Shown here: piece after piece, positions 1 to 9,924 of the stretch | How positions within the stretch are numbered: position 1 is the stretch's first letter | How the letters are laid out: each line of letters starts with the position of its first letter | Source of the DNA: Myxococcota bacterium | Lineage (GTDB): Bacteria; Myxococcota_A; UBA9160; PR03 | Length of the DNA: 18,326 nt | Direction: 5' to 3' | NCBI GenBank assembly: GCA_041611735.1 | Contig: JBFIML010000057.1 | Coordinates: forward strand, 1-18,326 | The notes under the pieces: model-generated | What the model was told of the DNA's origin: nothing | Database searches by the model: none | The model's input: only the letters and a program-made list of their open reading frames with translations | Translations under genes and position numbers: made by a program

Positions 1-25
1 CCTGGTTCGAATCCAGGAGGGCCCA
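1..25 (+). tRNA. 3' part of a tRNA gene (T-arm, 3' acceptor strand, discriminator); the 5' part lies upstream of the window. Identity undetermined (Ile or Lys plausible)
   Basis: CCTGG(1-5)/CCAGG(13-17) is a perfect 5-bp T-stem around the canonical T-loop TTCGAAT(6-12). AGGGCCC(18-24) fits a 3' acceptor strand, A25 is the discriminator, and CCC follows rather than CCA. The anticodon is not in the window. Confidence 0.75.
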
Positions 26-29
26 CCCG
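5..29 (+). repeat. att-like core, copy 1 (25 bp, tRNA 3' end)
   Basis: GTTCGAATCCAGGAGGGCCCACCCG, identical to 3745-3769 and 6742-6766. Confidence 0.95.
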
Positions 30-31
30 CC

Positions 32-44
32 TAACCCTCTGAAT
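32..44 (+). promoter_or_regulatory. IHF-like box downstream of core 1
   Basis: TAACCCTCTGAAT resembles YAANNNNTTGATW. Near-identical CAACTCTCTGAAT sits at the same +3 offset after core 3. Confidence 0.45.
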
Positions 45-65
45 CGTCTCGACTTTTCAGCTGCG

Positions 66-93
66 CCTGGAAGAATCCAGGAGGTACCCACCG
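66..93 (+). repeat. Degenerate fourth copy of the tRNA 3' end/att core
   Basis: CCTGG-AAGAAT-CCAGG-AGGTACCCACCG versus CCTGG-TTCGAAT-CCAGG-AGGGCCCACCCG at 1-29. Confidence 0.75.
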
Positions 94-128
94 AACCACC
101 CGACATCGCGGAGGTTCTTCGGCGGTTT

Positions 129-149
129 CTTGTCGCTCGCTTGTCGCTC
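129..149 (+). repeat. Tandem TTGTCGC doublet (putative integrase arm-type sites), left end of cassette 1
   Basis: CTTGTCGCTC-G-CTTGTCGCTC, 11-bp period; same motif as 3668-3685 and 6664-6681. Confidence 0.65.
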
Positions 150-274
150 TAGCGGTGACAGCTCGCAGCCGAAGGGGCGAGATCCAAAGGCCTCGGTCGC
201 AGAGACGACTCGGCTCTCCCAGAGACTGTCGCCGGCCCGTACTACACTGGAGCGGCCACGAAGGGGCTCTCCAG

Positions 275-3200
275 ATGAGCTTCATCGACACCGTGCGCCG
301 AGCCCGGGAGCTCCTCCGGGAGGAAGGACGCATCAGCCTCCGCGGGCTGAAGCGCGAGTTCAGGCTCGACGACGAGGCCCTCGAGGAGCTGATCGAAGAG
401 CTGGTCGACATCCAACAGGTCGCGGCGCGGGAGGGGAAGGCCGTCGCGTGGATCGGCGGTGCAGCGCACGACCGGGCTGAGGCGGTCGCGAGGCCTTCAG
501 CGGGAGCCGAGCCCGCAGCCCAGGCCGAGCGCCGTCAACTCACGGTCATGTTCTGCGACCTGGTGGGCTCGACGAATCTCTCCCAGCGTCTCGATGCCGA
601 GGACCTGCGCGATGTCGTGCGCGCCTACCAGGAGTCGGTCTCCGCAGTCATCGAGCGTTACGAGGGCCACGTCGCCCAGTACCTGGGCGACGGCCTCCTC
701 GTCTACTTCGGCTATCCGCAGGCACACGAAGACGACGCAGAGCGTGCCGTGCGGGCCGGGCGCGAGATCCTGGCAACCCTGGGCACCTTGAACGACCGGC
801 TCGAGCCCGAGCACGGCATCCGCCTCGCTGCGCGGGTGGGCATCCACACCGGCCCCGTCGTGGTGGGCGAGATGGGAGGCGGGGCGAAGAGCGAGACCCT
901 CGCCCTCGGCGACACCACGAACATCGCGGCACGGCTTGAAGCCATCGCCCATCCCGACTCGGTCGTGATCAGCAGGGCGACGCTGCGACTCGTCCCTGGC
1001 CTCTTCGCAACGAAGGACCTCGGCACCCCGGCTCTGAAGGGGATCGCCGAACCGGTCCATGCCTACGCCGTGCTCCAGGCGACCGGCGTGCGCAGCCGCC
1101 TCGACGTGGACCCGAGCAAGCTCACTCCGCTCGTGGGACGCGACCAGGAGCTCGGGCTACTCGTCGAGCGCTGGGAGCAAGTCGGGGAGGGCGAGGGCCA
1201 GACAGTGCTCGTCTCGGGCGAGGCGGGTCTCGGGAAGTCGCGGCTGCTCCAGGCGTTCCGCGAGCAACTGGCCGAGACGCCACACGGCTGGCTCGAGTGC
1301 CGTTGCTCGCCCTACACCCAGGGCAGTGCGTTCCATCCTCTGATCGAGCTGATGGAGCAGGGCCTGGGCATTCAGGCGGGAGACGATCCGGAGACGAAGC
1401 TCGCGCGCCTGGAAGCGGGCCTCGCGGCCGCCGGTTTCCTGATCCCGGAGGTGGCTCCCCTCCTCGCACCGCTCCTCTCGCTTCCGCTCCCGGATCGCTA
1501 CCCGCCACTCCAGTTCAGTCCCGAGCTCCAGCGCAAGAAGACGATCGAGGCGCTGGTCGCCTGGACGTTCGGGCTCGGCGAGTCGCAGCCCGCGGTGCTG
1601 CTGGTGGAGGACCTCCACTGGTGCGATGCCTCGACGTTGGAGGCGATCGGCTGGCTGGTGGAGCAGAACCCCACCGCGAAGGTGCTCACGCTCTTGAGTT
1701 TCCGGCCCGACTTCGAGCCGCCCTGGCCGGCCCGCTCCCACGTCACACCCCTGGCGGTCAAGCGCCTCTCCCGCCGTCAGGCCACGGATCTGATCGGAGG
1801 GATGACGCACGACGCGCCGCTCCCAGGTGCGGTGGTGGAGCGCGTCGTCGAGCGGGCTGACGGAGTACCGCTCTTCCTGGAGGAACTCACCAAGACGGTG
1901 CTTGAGTCGGATCTCGTCGAGAAGCGCGAGGGCCACTACGAGCTTACCGGCCCGATCGCGGAGTTGGCCATTCCAGCCACGCTGCAGGACTCGCTGATGG
2001 CCCGCCTCGACCAGCTCGACGAGGGCAAGGGAGTCGCGCAGCTCGGCGCCGCCCTCGGGCGCGAGTTCTTCTACGAGCTGCTGCGCAGAGTCTCGCTCGA
2101 CGAGGAGTCGCGCCTGCGCGCCGGCCTGGCCCAGCTCGTGGACGCCGAGCTCCTCTACCAGCGGGGCTCCGTGCCTCGGGCGGAGTTCACCTTCAAGCAC
2201 GCGCTGATCCAGGAGACCGCATACCAGTCGCTCCTGCGCAGTGTGCGCCAGCCGCTCCACGCGCGCATCGCGAAGGTGCTGGAGGAGCAGTTCCCGGAGC
2301 GGGCCGAGGCGGAGCCCGAGGTCATAGCAAGGCACTACGACGAGGCCGGGCTGGCCGGGCCGGCCATCGCCCACTACCGACGCGCGGGCGAGGGGGCCAT
2401 GCAGCGCTCGGCCCACGAGGAGGCCATCGGTCACCTGCGGCGTGCGCTCCAGCTGCTCGCGACCCTGCCGGAGACTCGTGAGCGCCACCGGCAGGAGCTG
2501 GCCTTGCAGATCGCGCTCGGGACTCCGCTTGCCGGAGTCCGGGCGTGGTCGCATCCGGAGTACGAGCAGACTTTCGCCCGCGCGCGCGAGCTGGCTTCCC
2601 GGATCGGCGACGCGCCCGAGCTGGCGCGGGTGCTCGTGGGGATGGCGCAAGCGCCGTTCGTCCAGGGTGAGGTCACTGCCGCCGCCGAGATCGGGCGGCA
2701 GGCGCTGGCAGCTGCCGAGCGCACCGGAGACGTCTTCGACCAGCTCTCGGCCCACTACCAGATCGGCATGGCATTGCTCTGCCACGGCCGGGTCGCTCCG
2801 GGCCTGCGGCACTTCGAGCAGACCCTCGCGCTCTACGATCCCGCCGCGCACGGCGCTCGTGCCAACGCGATGGACATCAACCGCGGCCTCGCAGCCCGCG
2901 ATTTCGCGGGCCTCGCTCACGTGCACCTCGGCCACCCCGACCGGGCGCTGGCCGTGGTCGATCGGGCGGTCGAGCTGGCGCAGCACTCGGGGCACCCCGT
3001 CAATCGGGCGGACGCGCTCTTCCACGCCTTACTCGTCCACTTCGAACGCCGCGAGTTCGACCGGATGCGGGAGCGCGCCGAAGCGCTCATCGATCACTCC
3101 GAGCGGATCGGGCTTCCCTTCTACCTGAACTCCGGACACGTGCTTCGAGGGAGGGCACGGGTCGAAGCGGGCGAGGTCGAGGCGGGTGTCGAGGAGATGC

Positions 3201-3646
3201 GGCGCTCGGTCGACGAGCTGGCCCGGGCGGGCAGCGGGATCGTAGCGCCCTGCCGCCACGTGCTGCTCGCCGAGGGCCTCCAGAAGCTCGGACAGCCGGG
3301 CCGGGCCCTGGACGTCATCGAATCCGGTCTCGCGCAGGCGCAGGCCCAGAGCCAGCTCCTCAATGCTCCCGACCTCCACCGGCTTCACGCGGAGACCCTG
3401 CTCGACCTTGGACGGCATGCGGACGAGCCGGAGGCGCCCCTGCGCCGGGCCCTCGAGCTTGCACGACGGCAGGAGCAGAAGACCTACGAGCTCCGCGCCG
3501 CCACGTCCCTCGCCCACCTATGGCAGCGCCAGGGAAAGTCCACCGAGGCCAACGACCTTCTCCAGCCCGTCTACGACTGGTTCACCGAAGGCTTCGACAC
3601 GCGCGACGTGAGGGAAGCGAAGGCGCTGCTCGAGAATCTGTCCTAG
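275..3646 (+). CDS. Class III adenylate/guanylate cyclase - STAND (AAA_16-like) ATPase - TPR protein with a small N-terminal winged-helix-like domain (about 1123 aa)
   Basis: Likely start ATG275 (MSFIDTVRR). Cyclase motifs ERRQLTVMFCDLVGS, QYLGDG and GDTTNIAARL; Walker A GEAGLGKS; Walker B LLVEDLHW; FKHALIQETAY; helical repeats ending in the family-typical YDWFTEGFDT. Confidence 0.92.
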   Translation: MSFIDTVRRARELLREEGRISLRGLKREFRLDDEALEELIEELVDIQQVAAREGKAVAWIGGAAHDRAEAVARPSAGAEPAAQAERRQLTVMFCDLVGSTNLSQRLDAEDLRDVVRAYQESVSAVIERYEGHVAQYLGDGLLVYFGYPQAHEDDAERAVRAGREILATLGTLNDRLEPEHGIRLAARVGIHTGPVVVGEMGGGAKSETLALGDTTNIAARLEAIAHPDSVVISRATLRLVPGLFATKDLGTPALKGIAEPVHAYAVLQATGVRSRLDVDPSKLTPLVGRDQELGLLVERWEQVGEGEGQTVLVSGEAGLGKSRLLQAFREQLAETPHGWLECRCSPYTQGSAFHPLIELMEQGLGIQAGDDPETKLARLEAGLAAAGFLIPEVAPLLAPLLSLPLPDRYPPLQFSPELQRKKTIEALVAWTFGLGESQPAVLLVEDLHWCDASTLEAIGWLVEQNPTAKVLTLLSFRPDFEPPWPARSHVTPLAVKRLSRRQATDLIGGMTHDAPLPGAVVERVVERADGVPLFLEELTKTVLESDLVEKREGHYELTGPIAELAIPATLQDSLMARLDQLDEGKGVAQLGAALGREFFYELLRRVSLDEESRLRAGLAQLVDAELLYQRGSVPRAEFTFKHALIQETAYQSLLRSVRQPLHARIAKVLEEQFPERAEAEPEVIARHYDEAGLAGPAIAHYRRAGEGAMQRSAHEEAIGHLRRALQLLATLPETRERHRQELALQIALGTPLAGVRAWSHPEYEQTFARARELASRIGDAPELARVLVGMAQAPFVQGEVTAAAEIGRQALAAAERTGDVFDQLSAHYQIGMALLCHGRVAPGLRHFEQTLALYDPAAHGARANAMDINRGLAARDFAGLAHVHLGHPDRALAVVDRAVELAQHSGHPVNRADALFHALLVHFERREFDRMRERAEALIDHSERIGLPFYLNSGHVLRGRARVEAGEVEAGVEEMRRSVDELARAGSGIVAPCRHVLLAEGLQKLGQPGRALDVIESGLAQAQAQSQLLNAPDLHRLHAETLLDLGRHADEPEAPLRRALELARRQEQKTYELRAATSLAHLWQRQGKSTEANDLLQPVYDWFTEGFDTRDVREAKALLENLS

Positions 3647-3666
3647 CCGAGATCGCGACGCAGAAG

Positions 3667-3732
3667 CTTTTCGCTCGTTTGTCGCTCGCGAAGAACCGAC
3701 CCTGTAAGTGCCTGATCTACTTGTCTTTCTTC
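3667..3732 (+). promoter_or_regulatory. Conserved right-end signal block of cassette 1 (arm-type doublet, IHF-like box, CTTGTCTTTCTTC)
   Basis: TTTTCGC(3668-3674), TTGTCGC(3679-3685), TAAGTGCCTGATC(3705-3717) and CTTGTCTTTCTTC(3720-3732). Same order and internal spacing as the block before core 3. Confidence 0.65.
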
Positions 3733-3744
3733 GGATCCCTCCTC

Positions 3745-3769
3745 GTTCGAATCCAGGAGGGCCCACCCG
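3745..3769 (+). repeat. att-like core, copy 2
   Basis: Exact 25-bp match to 5-29. The 5' T-stem strand reads CCTCG, so the stem is broken and this is a fragment, not a tRNA. Confidence 0.95.
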
Positions 3770-3821
3770 TAGCGTCTTGCGTTCGCTCGAGCGTCGGTGC
3801 GGAGCGCGGCCAGCCCCGCCG

Positions 3822-4901
3822 CTATTCCGAGCGGCGGCGACCGGTCACGTAGACGGCGAAGATCGTCACAACCGTGAACGGGATCACGAACTCGAGCATC
3901 ACGGCGCTGAAGCGCGAGAGGGCAGCGTGCTGCTGCGAGGCAAACACGAGGTAGAGCGTGTACGCGACGTAGTACGCGACAAACAGCACTCCCTGCCAGC
4001 GCGGGATCTGGTGCTTGCGCGCCATCAACGGTAGACAGGCGGCGGCGACTGCTGTCATCACGGGCAGGTCGAAGCTCTCGATCGCGGGTGACACGATCAG
4101 GCCTCCGGGTGACGCCATCGCGCAGACACCGAGGATGCCGAGCAGATTGAAGATGTTGCTGCCGATCACGTTGCCGACGGCGATGTCGCGCTCGCCGCGG
4201 AGCGTCGCCATCAGCGAGGTCGCGACCTCTGGAAGACTGGTGCCCGCCGCGACGATCGTCAGCGCGATCACGGCCTCGTCCACGCTGAGCGCGCGTGCCG
4301 TCTCTACCGCCCCGGAGACCAGGAGGCGTGCGCCGACGACCAGCACCGCGAGCGATGCCACCACCACCCCGGCGTCGAGCACCATTCCGCGGCCGACCGA
4401 CGGCCCGGCCGGCACGCCGGCCTCGTACTCGTCGCGGATTGCCGCGCTCTCGCGCCGGCTCACGCGCACCGAATCCCAGCAGAACCACGCGAGGCCCGCC
4501 GCGAGGAGGCCCCCTTCGACAAGAACGATGCGCCCGTCGAAGCCGAAGAGCAGCACCACGAAGGAGACGGCGATCATCACGGGCACGTCGCGGAACACGA
4601 GCTGCTGCGCAACCGCGAGCGGCCTCAGCACGGCGCACACGCCGAGGATGGCCAGGACATTGAAGATGTTGCTTCCCACCACGTTGCCCACGGCGATGTC
4701 GGGCTTGCCGTCCGCCGTGGCCGCGACGCCGACCACCAGCTCGGGAGCGCTGGTGCCGAAGGCCACCACAGTGAGGCCGATCACGAGCGGCGCCACGCCG
4801 AGGCGGCGCGCGATGCCGGACGCGCCGCGCACGAGCCCCTCTCCACCGGCAACGAGGAGCGCGAGGCCACCTGCGAAGAGACCGAGCGTGGCGAATTCCA
4901 T
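3822..4901 (-). CDS. yrbG: Calcium/sodium (Ca2+/cation) antiporter, YrbG/CaCA family (359 aa)
   Basis: Two alpha-repeats: GLTVVAFGTSAPEL...GNVVGSNIFN and ALTIVAAGTSLPEV...GNVIGSNIFN; many hydrophobic segments. Confidence 0.93.
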   Translation of the reverse strand: MEFATLGLFAGGLALLVAGGEGLVRGASGIARRLGVAPLVIGLTVVAFGTSAPELVVGVAATADGKPDIAVGNVVGSNIFNVLAILGVCAVLRPLAVAQQLVFRDVPVMIAVSFVVLLFGFDGRIVLVEGGLLAAGLAWFCWDSVRVSRRESAAIRDEYEAGVPAGPSVGRGMVLDAGVVVASLAVLVVGARLLVSGAVETARALSVDEAVIALTIVAAGTSLPEVATSLMATLRGERDIAVGNVIGSNIFNLLGILGVCAMASPGGLIVSPAIESFDLPVMTAVAAACLPLMARKHQIPRWQGVLFVAYYVAYTLYLVFASQQHAALSRFSAVMLEFVIPFTVVTIFAVYVTGRRRSE

Positions 4902-5021
4902 GGCGGGTGATAATCACCTCCTGCGGTAGGCCAGCACGCGGGACTCGCCACTCGGCTACGCTTCTGCCACGTCTTGCGCGGGTTCGCCTGCCGCGCGGGC
5001 CAGGCGCTGGGGGGAAGTGGT

Positions 5022-6527
5022 ATGGTGGCGGTTCTCCTGCTCGTCGCACTGCTCCTGCTGCTGCTCAACGCATTCTTCGTCCTTGCGGAATTCGCCGCCG
5101 TGAAGATGCGGCCGACGCGCGTCGAAGAGCTCGCTCGCGCCGGGGATGCGCGCGCGCTGTTGCTCCGCCACGTCCAGGAACATCTCGACGAGTACCTTTC
5201 GGTGTGTCAGGTCGGCATCACGCTGGCGAGCATCGGTCTCGGGTTCGTGGGAGAGCCGGCGTTCGCTCGTCTGATCGAGCCCCTCGTCGCATGGTCAGGC
5301 GCGGCATCCGCGACGGTAGCGCACTCGCTGGCCATCGGGATCGCGTACGTGGTGATCTCCTTCCTGCACATCGTCCTGGGCGAGCTCGTGCCGAAGTCGA
5401 TCGCCATCCGCGGCGCCGAGCGAGCCGGCCTGTTCGTGGCGCGCCCGCTCCGCATCTTCCACCGCATCTTCCTGCTGCCGCTCGTGCTGCTGAACGGCTC
5501 GGCGAACTTCCTGCTGCGATGCCTGGGCTATCCCGCTCGGCCGATCGAGCGGGGCCCGTCGGAGCGCGAGCTCAAGATCACGCTGTCGGGCCTGCAATCC
5601 GAGGGCCGCATCTCGTTTCAGCGCGTGCTCCTGCTCGAGAACGTGTTCGATCTGGCCGGCATCAAGGTGAGGGACGAGATGCTCCCGCGCGACCGGGTCA
5701 GATCGCTGCGCATCGGGATGGCCTGGTCGGAGATCGAGCAGATCGTGCGCGACACCCGCTACTCGCGCTACCCGGTGCTCGACGCGTCCGAACGGGTCAT
5801 GGGGGTCCTGCACGTGAAGGATCTCCTGTACGAGGCGCTGGGACACGGACTCGAGATGCGGACGGACCTCTCGGCCGTGGCGCGACCCTGCTCGAGCGTC
5901 GACCCGGAGATGCCCCTCGAGCAGCTGCTGCGCGAGCTGCAGCGCAGCCGCTCCCATGGGGCCGCGGTGGTCGACGCGCGCGGCCGCTGGATCGGCTGGA
6001 TCACGCTGGAGGACGTGCTCGAGGAGATCGTCGGTACGATCGAGGACGAGTTCGAGCGCGAGCCGTCCTGCTTCCTGGGTGACGCGTTGCGCGAAGATCG
6101 CATCCTGCTGGACCTCGACGCGCCGTCGATCCGCGACGCGATCGCGGCGGCGATCCACGCGCTCGACCCTCTCGCCCTGCCCGCGCCTCCGGAGGAGATC
6201 ATCCGGCTGGCGCAGGAGCGGGAGGATGCGATGGGCACCTATCTCGGGAGCGGGGTGGCGCTGCCGCACGCGCGACTGCCGGGCGTCTCGCGTTCGCTGC
6301 TCGTCTTCGCGCGCTCTCTCGCCGGCGTTCCGGTCGCCTCGACGGGCGGGCGTGCCCACTTCCTCTTCATTCTGCTGACGCCGGCCACCCGTCCTCGCGA
6401 GCACGTGCGACTCGCGGCCCGTGTGGCCCACCTCTTCGAGAGCGAGTTCATTCCCGAGCGGCTGCGCCTCGCTGCGAGCCGCAGCGAGATCCTCGAGATC
6501 ATCCGGGAAGGCGACCTCAAACGTTGA
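5022..6527 (+). CDS. CNNM/DUF21 (HlyC/CorC family) membrane protein with a CBS pair and C-terminal PTS EIIA (Ntr/Fru-type) domain (about 501 aa)
   Basis: Likely start ATG5022. LNAFFVLAEFA, QVGITLASIGLG and LGELVPKSIA (DUF21); YSRYPV and GWITLEDVLEEIVGTIEDE (CBS); then EREDAMGTYLGSGVALPHAR (EIIA phospho-His motif). Confidence 0.88.
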   Translation: MVAVLLLVALLLLLLNAFFVLAEFAAVKMRPTRVEELARAGDARALLLRHVQEHLDEYLSVCQVGITLASIGLGFVGEPAFARLIEPLVAWSGAASATVAHSLAIGIAYVVISFLHIVLGELVPKSIAIRGAERAGLFVARPLRIFHRIFLLPLVLLNGSANFLLRCLGYPARPIERGPSERELKITLSGLQSEGRISFQRVLLLENVFDLAGIKVRDEMLPRDRVRSLRIGMAWSEIEQIVRDTRYSRYPVLDASERVMGVLHVKDLLYEALGHGLEMRTDLSAVARPCSSVDPEMPLEQLLRELQRSRSHGAAVVDARGRWIGWITLEDVLEEIVGTIEDEFEREPSCFLGDALREDRILLDLDAPSIRDAIAAAIHALDPLALPAPPEEIIRLAQEREDAMGTYLGSGVALPHARLPGVSRSLLVFARSLAGVPVASTGGRAHFLFILLTPATRPREHVRLAARVAHLFESEFIPERLRLAASRSEILEIIREGDLKR

Positions 6528-6558
6528 GCGCGACTGCTACGGATCGAGAATCCGAGCG

Positions 6559-6580
6559 GGATCTCGAGCCCTCGAGATCC
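6559..6580. other. Inverted repeat downstream of the CNNM gene (possible hairpin or pause site)
   Basis: GGATCTCGAG-CC-CTCGAGATCC, perfect 10-bp arms. There is no U-tract, so it is not a canonical intrinsic terminator. Confidence 0.4.
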
Positions 6581-6662
6581 GCAGACCTCCGATCGTGACG
6601 AGTCGAGGGGATCGAAGGAAGGGGCGGCGTCCGCAGAAGTGGGTCACGCGACGCGCTCGCAG

Positions 6663-6728
6663 CTTGTCGCCAACTTGTCGCCAGGCCCGATCCGCTCGCG
6701 CAACTACTTGGAATCCTTGTCTTTCTTC
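6663..6728 (+). promoter_or_regulatory. Conserved right-end signal block of cassette 2 (arm-type doublet, IHF-like box, CTTGTCTTTCTTC)
   Basis: TTGTCGC(6664-6670), TTGTCGC(6675-6681), CAACTACTTGGAA(6701-6713) and CTTGTCTTTCTTC(6716-6728). Confidence 0.65.
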
Positions 6729-6741
6729 CCCTTCCCGTCCG

Positions 6742-6766
6742 GTTCGAATCCAGGAGGGCCCACCCG
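6742..6766 (+). repeat. att-like core, copy 3
   Basis: Exact 25-bp match to 5-29. The 5' T-stem strand reads TCCGG (imperfect) and no D-arm or anticodon arm lies upstream. Confidence 0.95.
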
Positions 6767-6956
6767 TGCAACTCTCTGAATCCATGGCGGCTTTCAATCT
6801 CAGCTCAGATCCAACCAAGGACTCTGAAACCCTTGACCCGCGTTCGTCTCGCGGAACCGGTTGCCGCCGGCAGCGATAGGTGCTCGGAATGCGGGTACTC
6901 TCATCGCCTTCCGATCCCCCTGCTACGCTGCTTGGGCAGCACCAACAGGGTTCGCC

Positions 6957-7391
6957 ATGCCTCATCGCAGCGCCGACGAAAAGGTCGCCGAGGAGCTCTC
7001 GCGGCACGGTCTTCGTGCCACGCGCCAGCGCATTGCGGCGCTCCGCCTCCTCCGCCGCCTGAAGAGCCACCCGACTTCGGCGGAGCTCCACGCGCGGCTG
7101 CTTCCCGAGCACGAGAACTTGAGCCAGAAGACTGTCTACGAGATCCTGGATGCCCTGGTCCAGGCGGGCCTGGCTTCTCGCGTGACGGCGGTGGGTGGCC
7201 CGTACCGATACGAAGCGACGCCGGAACCCCACTATCACGCGACGTGTCGCGTTTGCGAGCGGCTGTACGACGTTCCAGCGGATGCGGACGCCCAGATCCG
7301 TGGGCGTGCGAAGCTGCCCGAAGGCTTCCAAGTGGAGAAGATCGACGTCACGATTCGCGGCGTATGCCTTCGCTGCCGGGACGAAATCTGA
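6957..7391 (+). CDS. Fur-family transcriptional repressor, PerR-like (144 aa)
   Basis: Likely start ATG6957. GLRATRQR, SHPTSAEL, LSQKTVYEIL, HYHATCRVC...LYDV and C-terminal CLRC (two CxxC, PerR-type Asp). Lies directly upstream of katG. Confidence 0.88.
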   Translation: MPHRSADEKVAEELSRHGLRATRQRIAALRLLRRLKSHPTSAELHARLLPEHENLSQKTVYEILDALVQAGLASRVTAVGGPYRYEATPEPHYHATCRVCERLYDVPADADAQIRGRAKLPEGFQVEKIDVTIRGVCLRCRDEI

Positions 7392-7434
7392 GGCGGATCG
7401 CCCCAGTCCGGCGACAGGGCCGATTGCCCTCGCC

Positions 7435-9795
<2,361 letters not shown>

Positions 9796-9924
9796 CCGTG
9801 GGGAGGTAGGCGCTCGAGGTCGACTACGCCCAAGGGCCGCCTCGACGAACTCGCCGACGGGCGGGTGCGGCGGTCGCCCGGTTCGAGCATGCTTGCGGGT
9901 TCGACCGAGCGAGAGGATCCCCCC

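Larger units (their letters stand above)
30..3769. mobile_element. Cassette/mini-island 1: integrase-less, tRNA-anchored, 3740-bp unit with a single gene
   Basis: Bounded by perfect 25-bp direct repeats of the tRNA 3' end. TTGTCGC doublets near both ends (130-147, 3668-3685). No recombinase ORF inside. Confidence 0.75.
3770..6766. mobile_element. Cassette/mini-island 2: integrase-less, 2997-bp unit with two divergent ion-homeostasis genes
   Basis: Bounded by core copies 2 and 3. The right end has the full arm/IHF-like block; left-end signals are weak or absent. Confidence 0.7.

Noticed and set aside
155-274. Extended N-termini given by the ORF track (155, 4974, 6861, 7477, 11457, 11897, 13533, 13970, 14320, 17668)
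   Set aside because: Downstream starts fit RBS positions, stop/start overlaps or the beginning of family similarity better.
1157-3025. 622-aa minus-strand ORF and similar long Arg/Pro/Ala-rich ORFs (e.g. 12232-14016, 3643-5049)
   Set aside because: They overlap well-supported genes in antisense or alternate frames and show no family motifs.
3700-3769. Complete tRNA genes at core copies 2 and 3 (also 6700-6766)
   Set aside because: The T-stems are imperfect, and there is no upstream GGGCCCT-like acceptor strand, D-arm or anticodon arm.
6528-6660. Integrase or excisionase remnant at the right end of cassette 2
   Set aside because: No recognisable tyrosine-recombinase (R-H-R-Y) or HTH motif in the ORF-track translations covering this stretch; I saw only short inverted repeats.
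5-6766. 25-bp repeats as a CRISPR array
   Set aside because: Spacing is 3-3.7 kb with whole genes in between, the repeat is a tRNA 3' end, and no cas genes are present.
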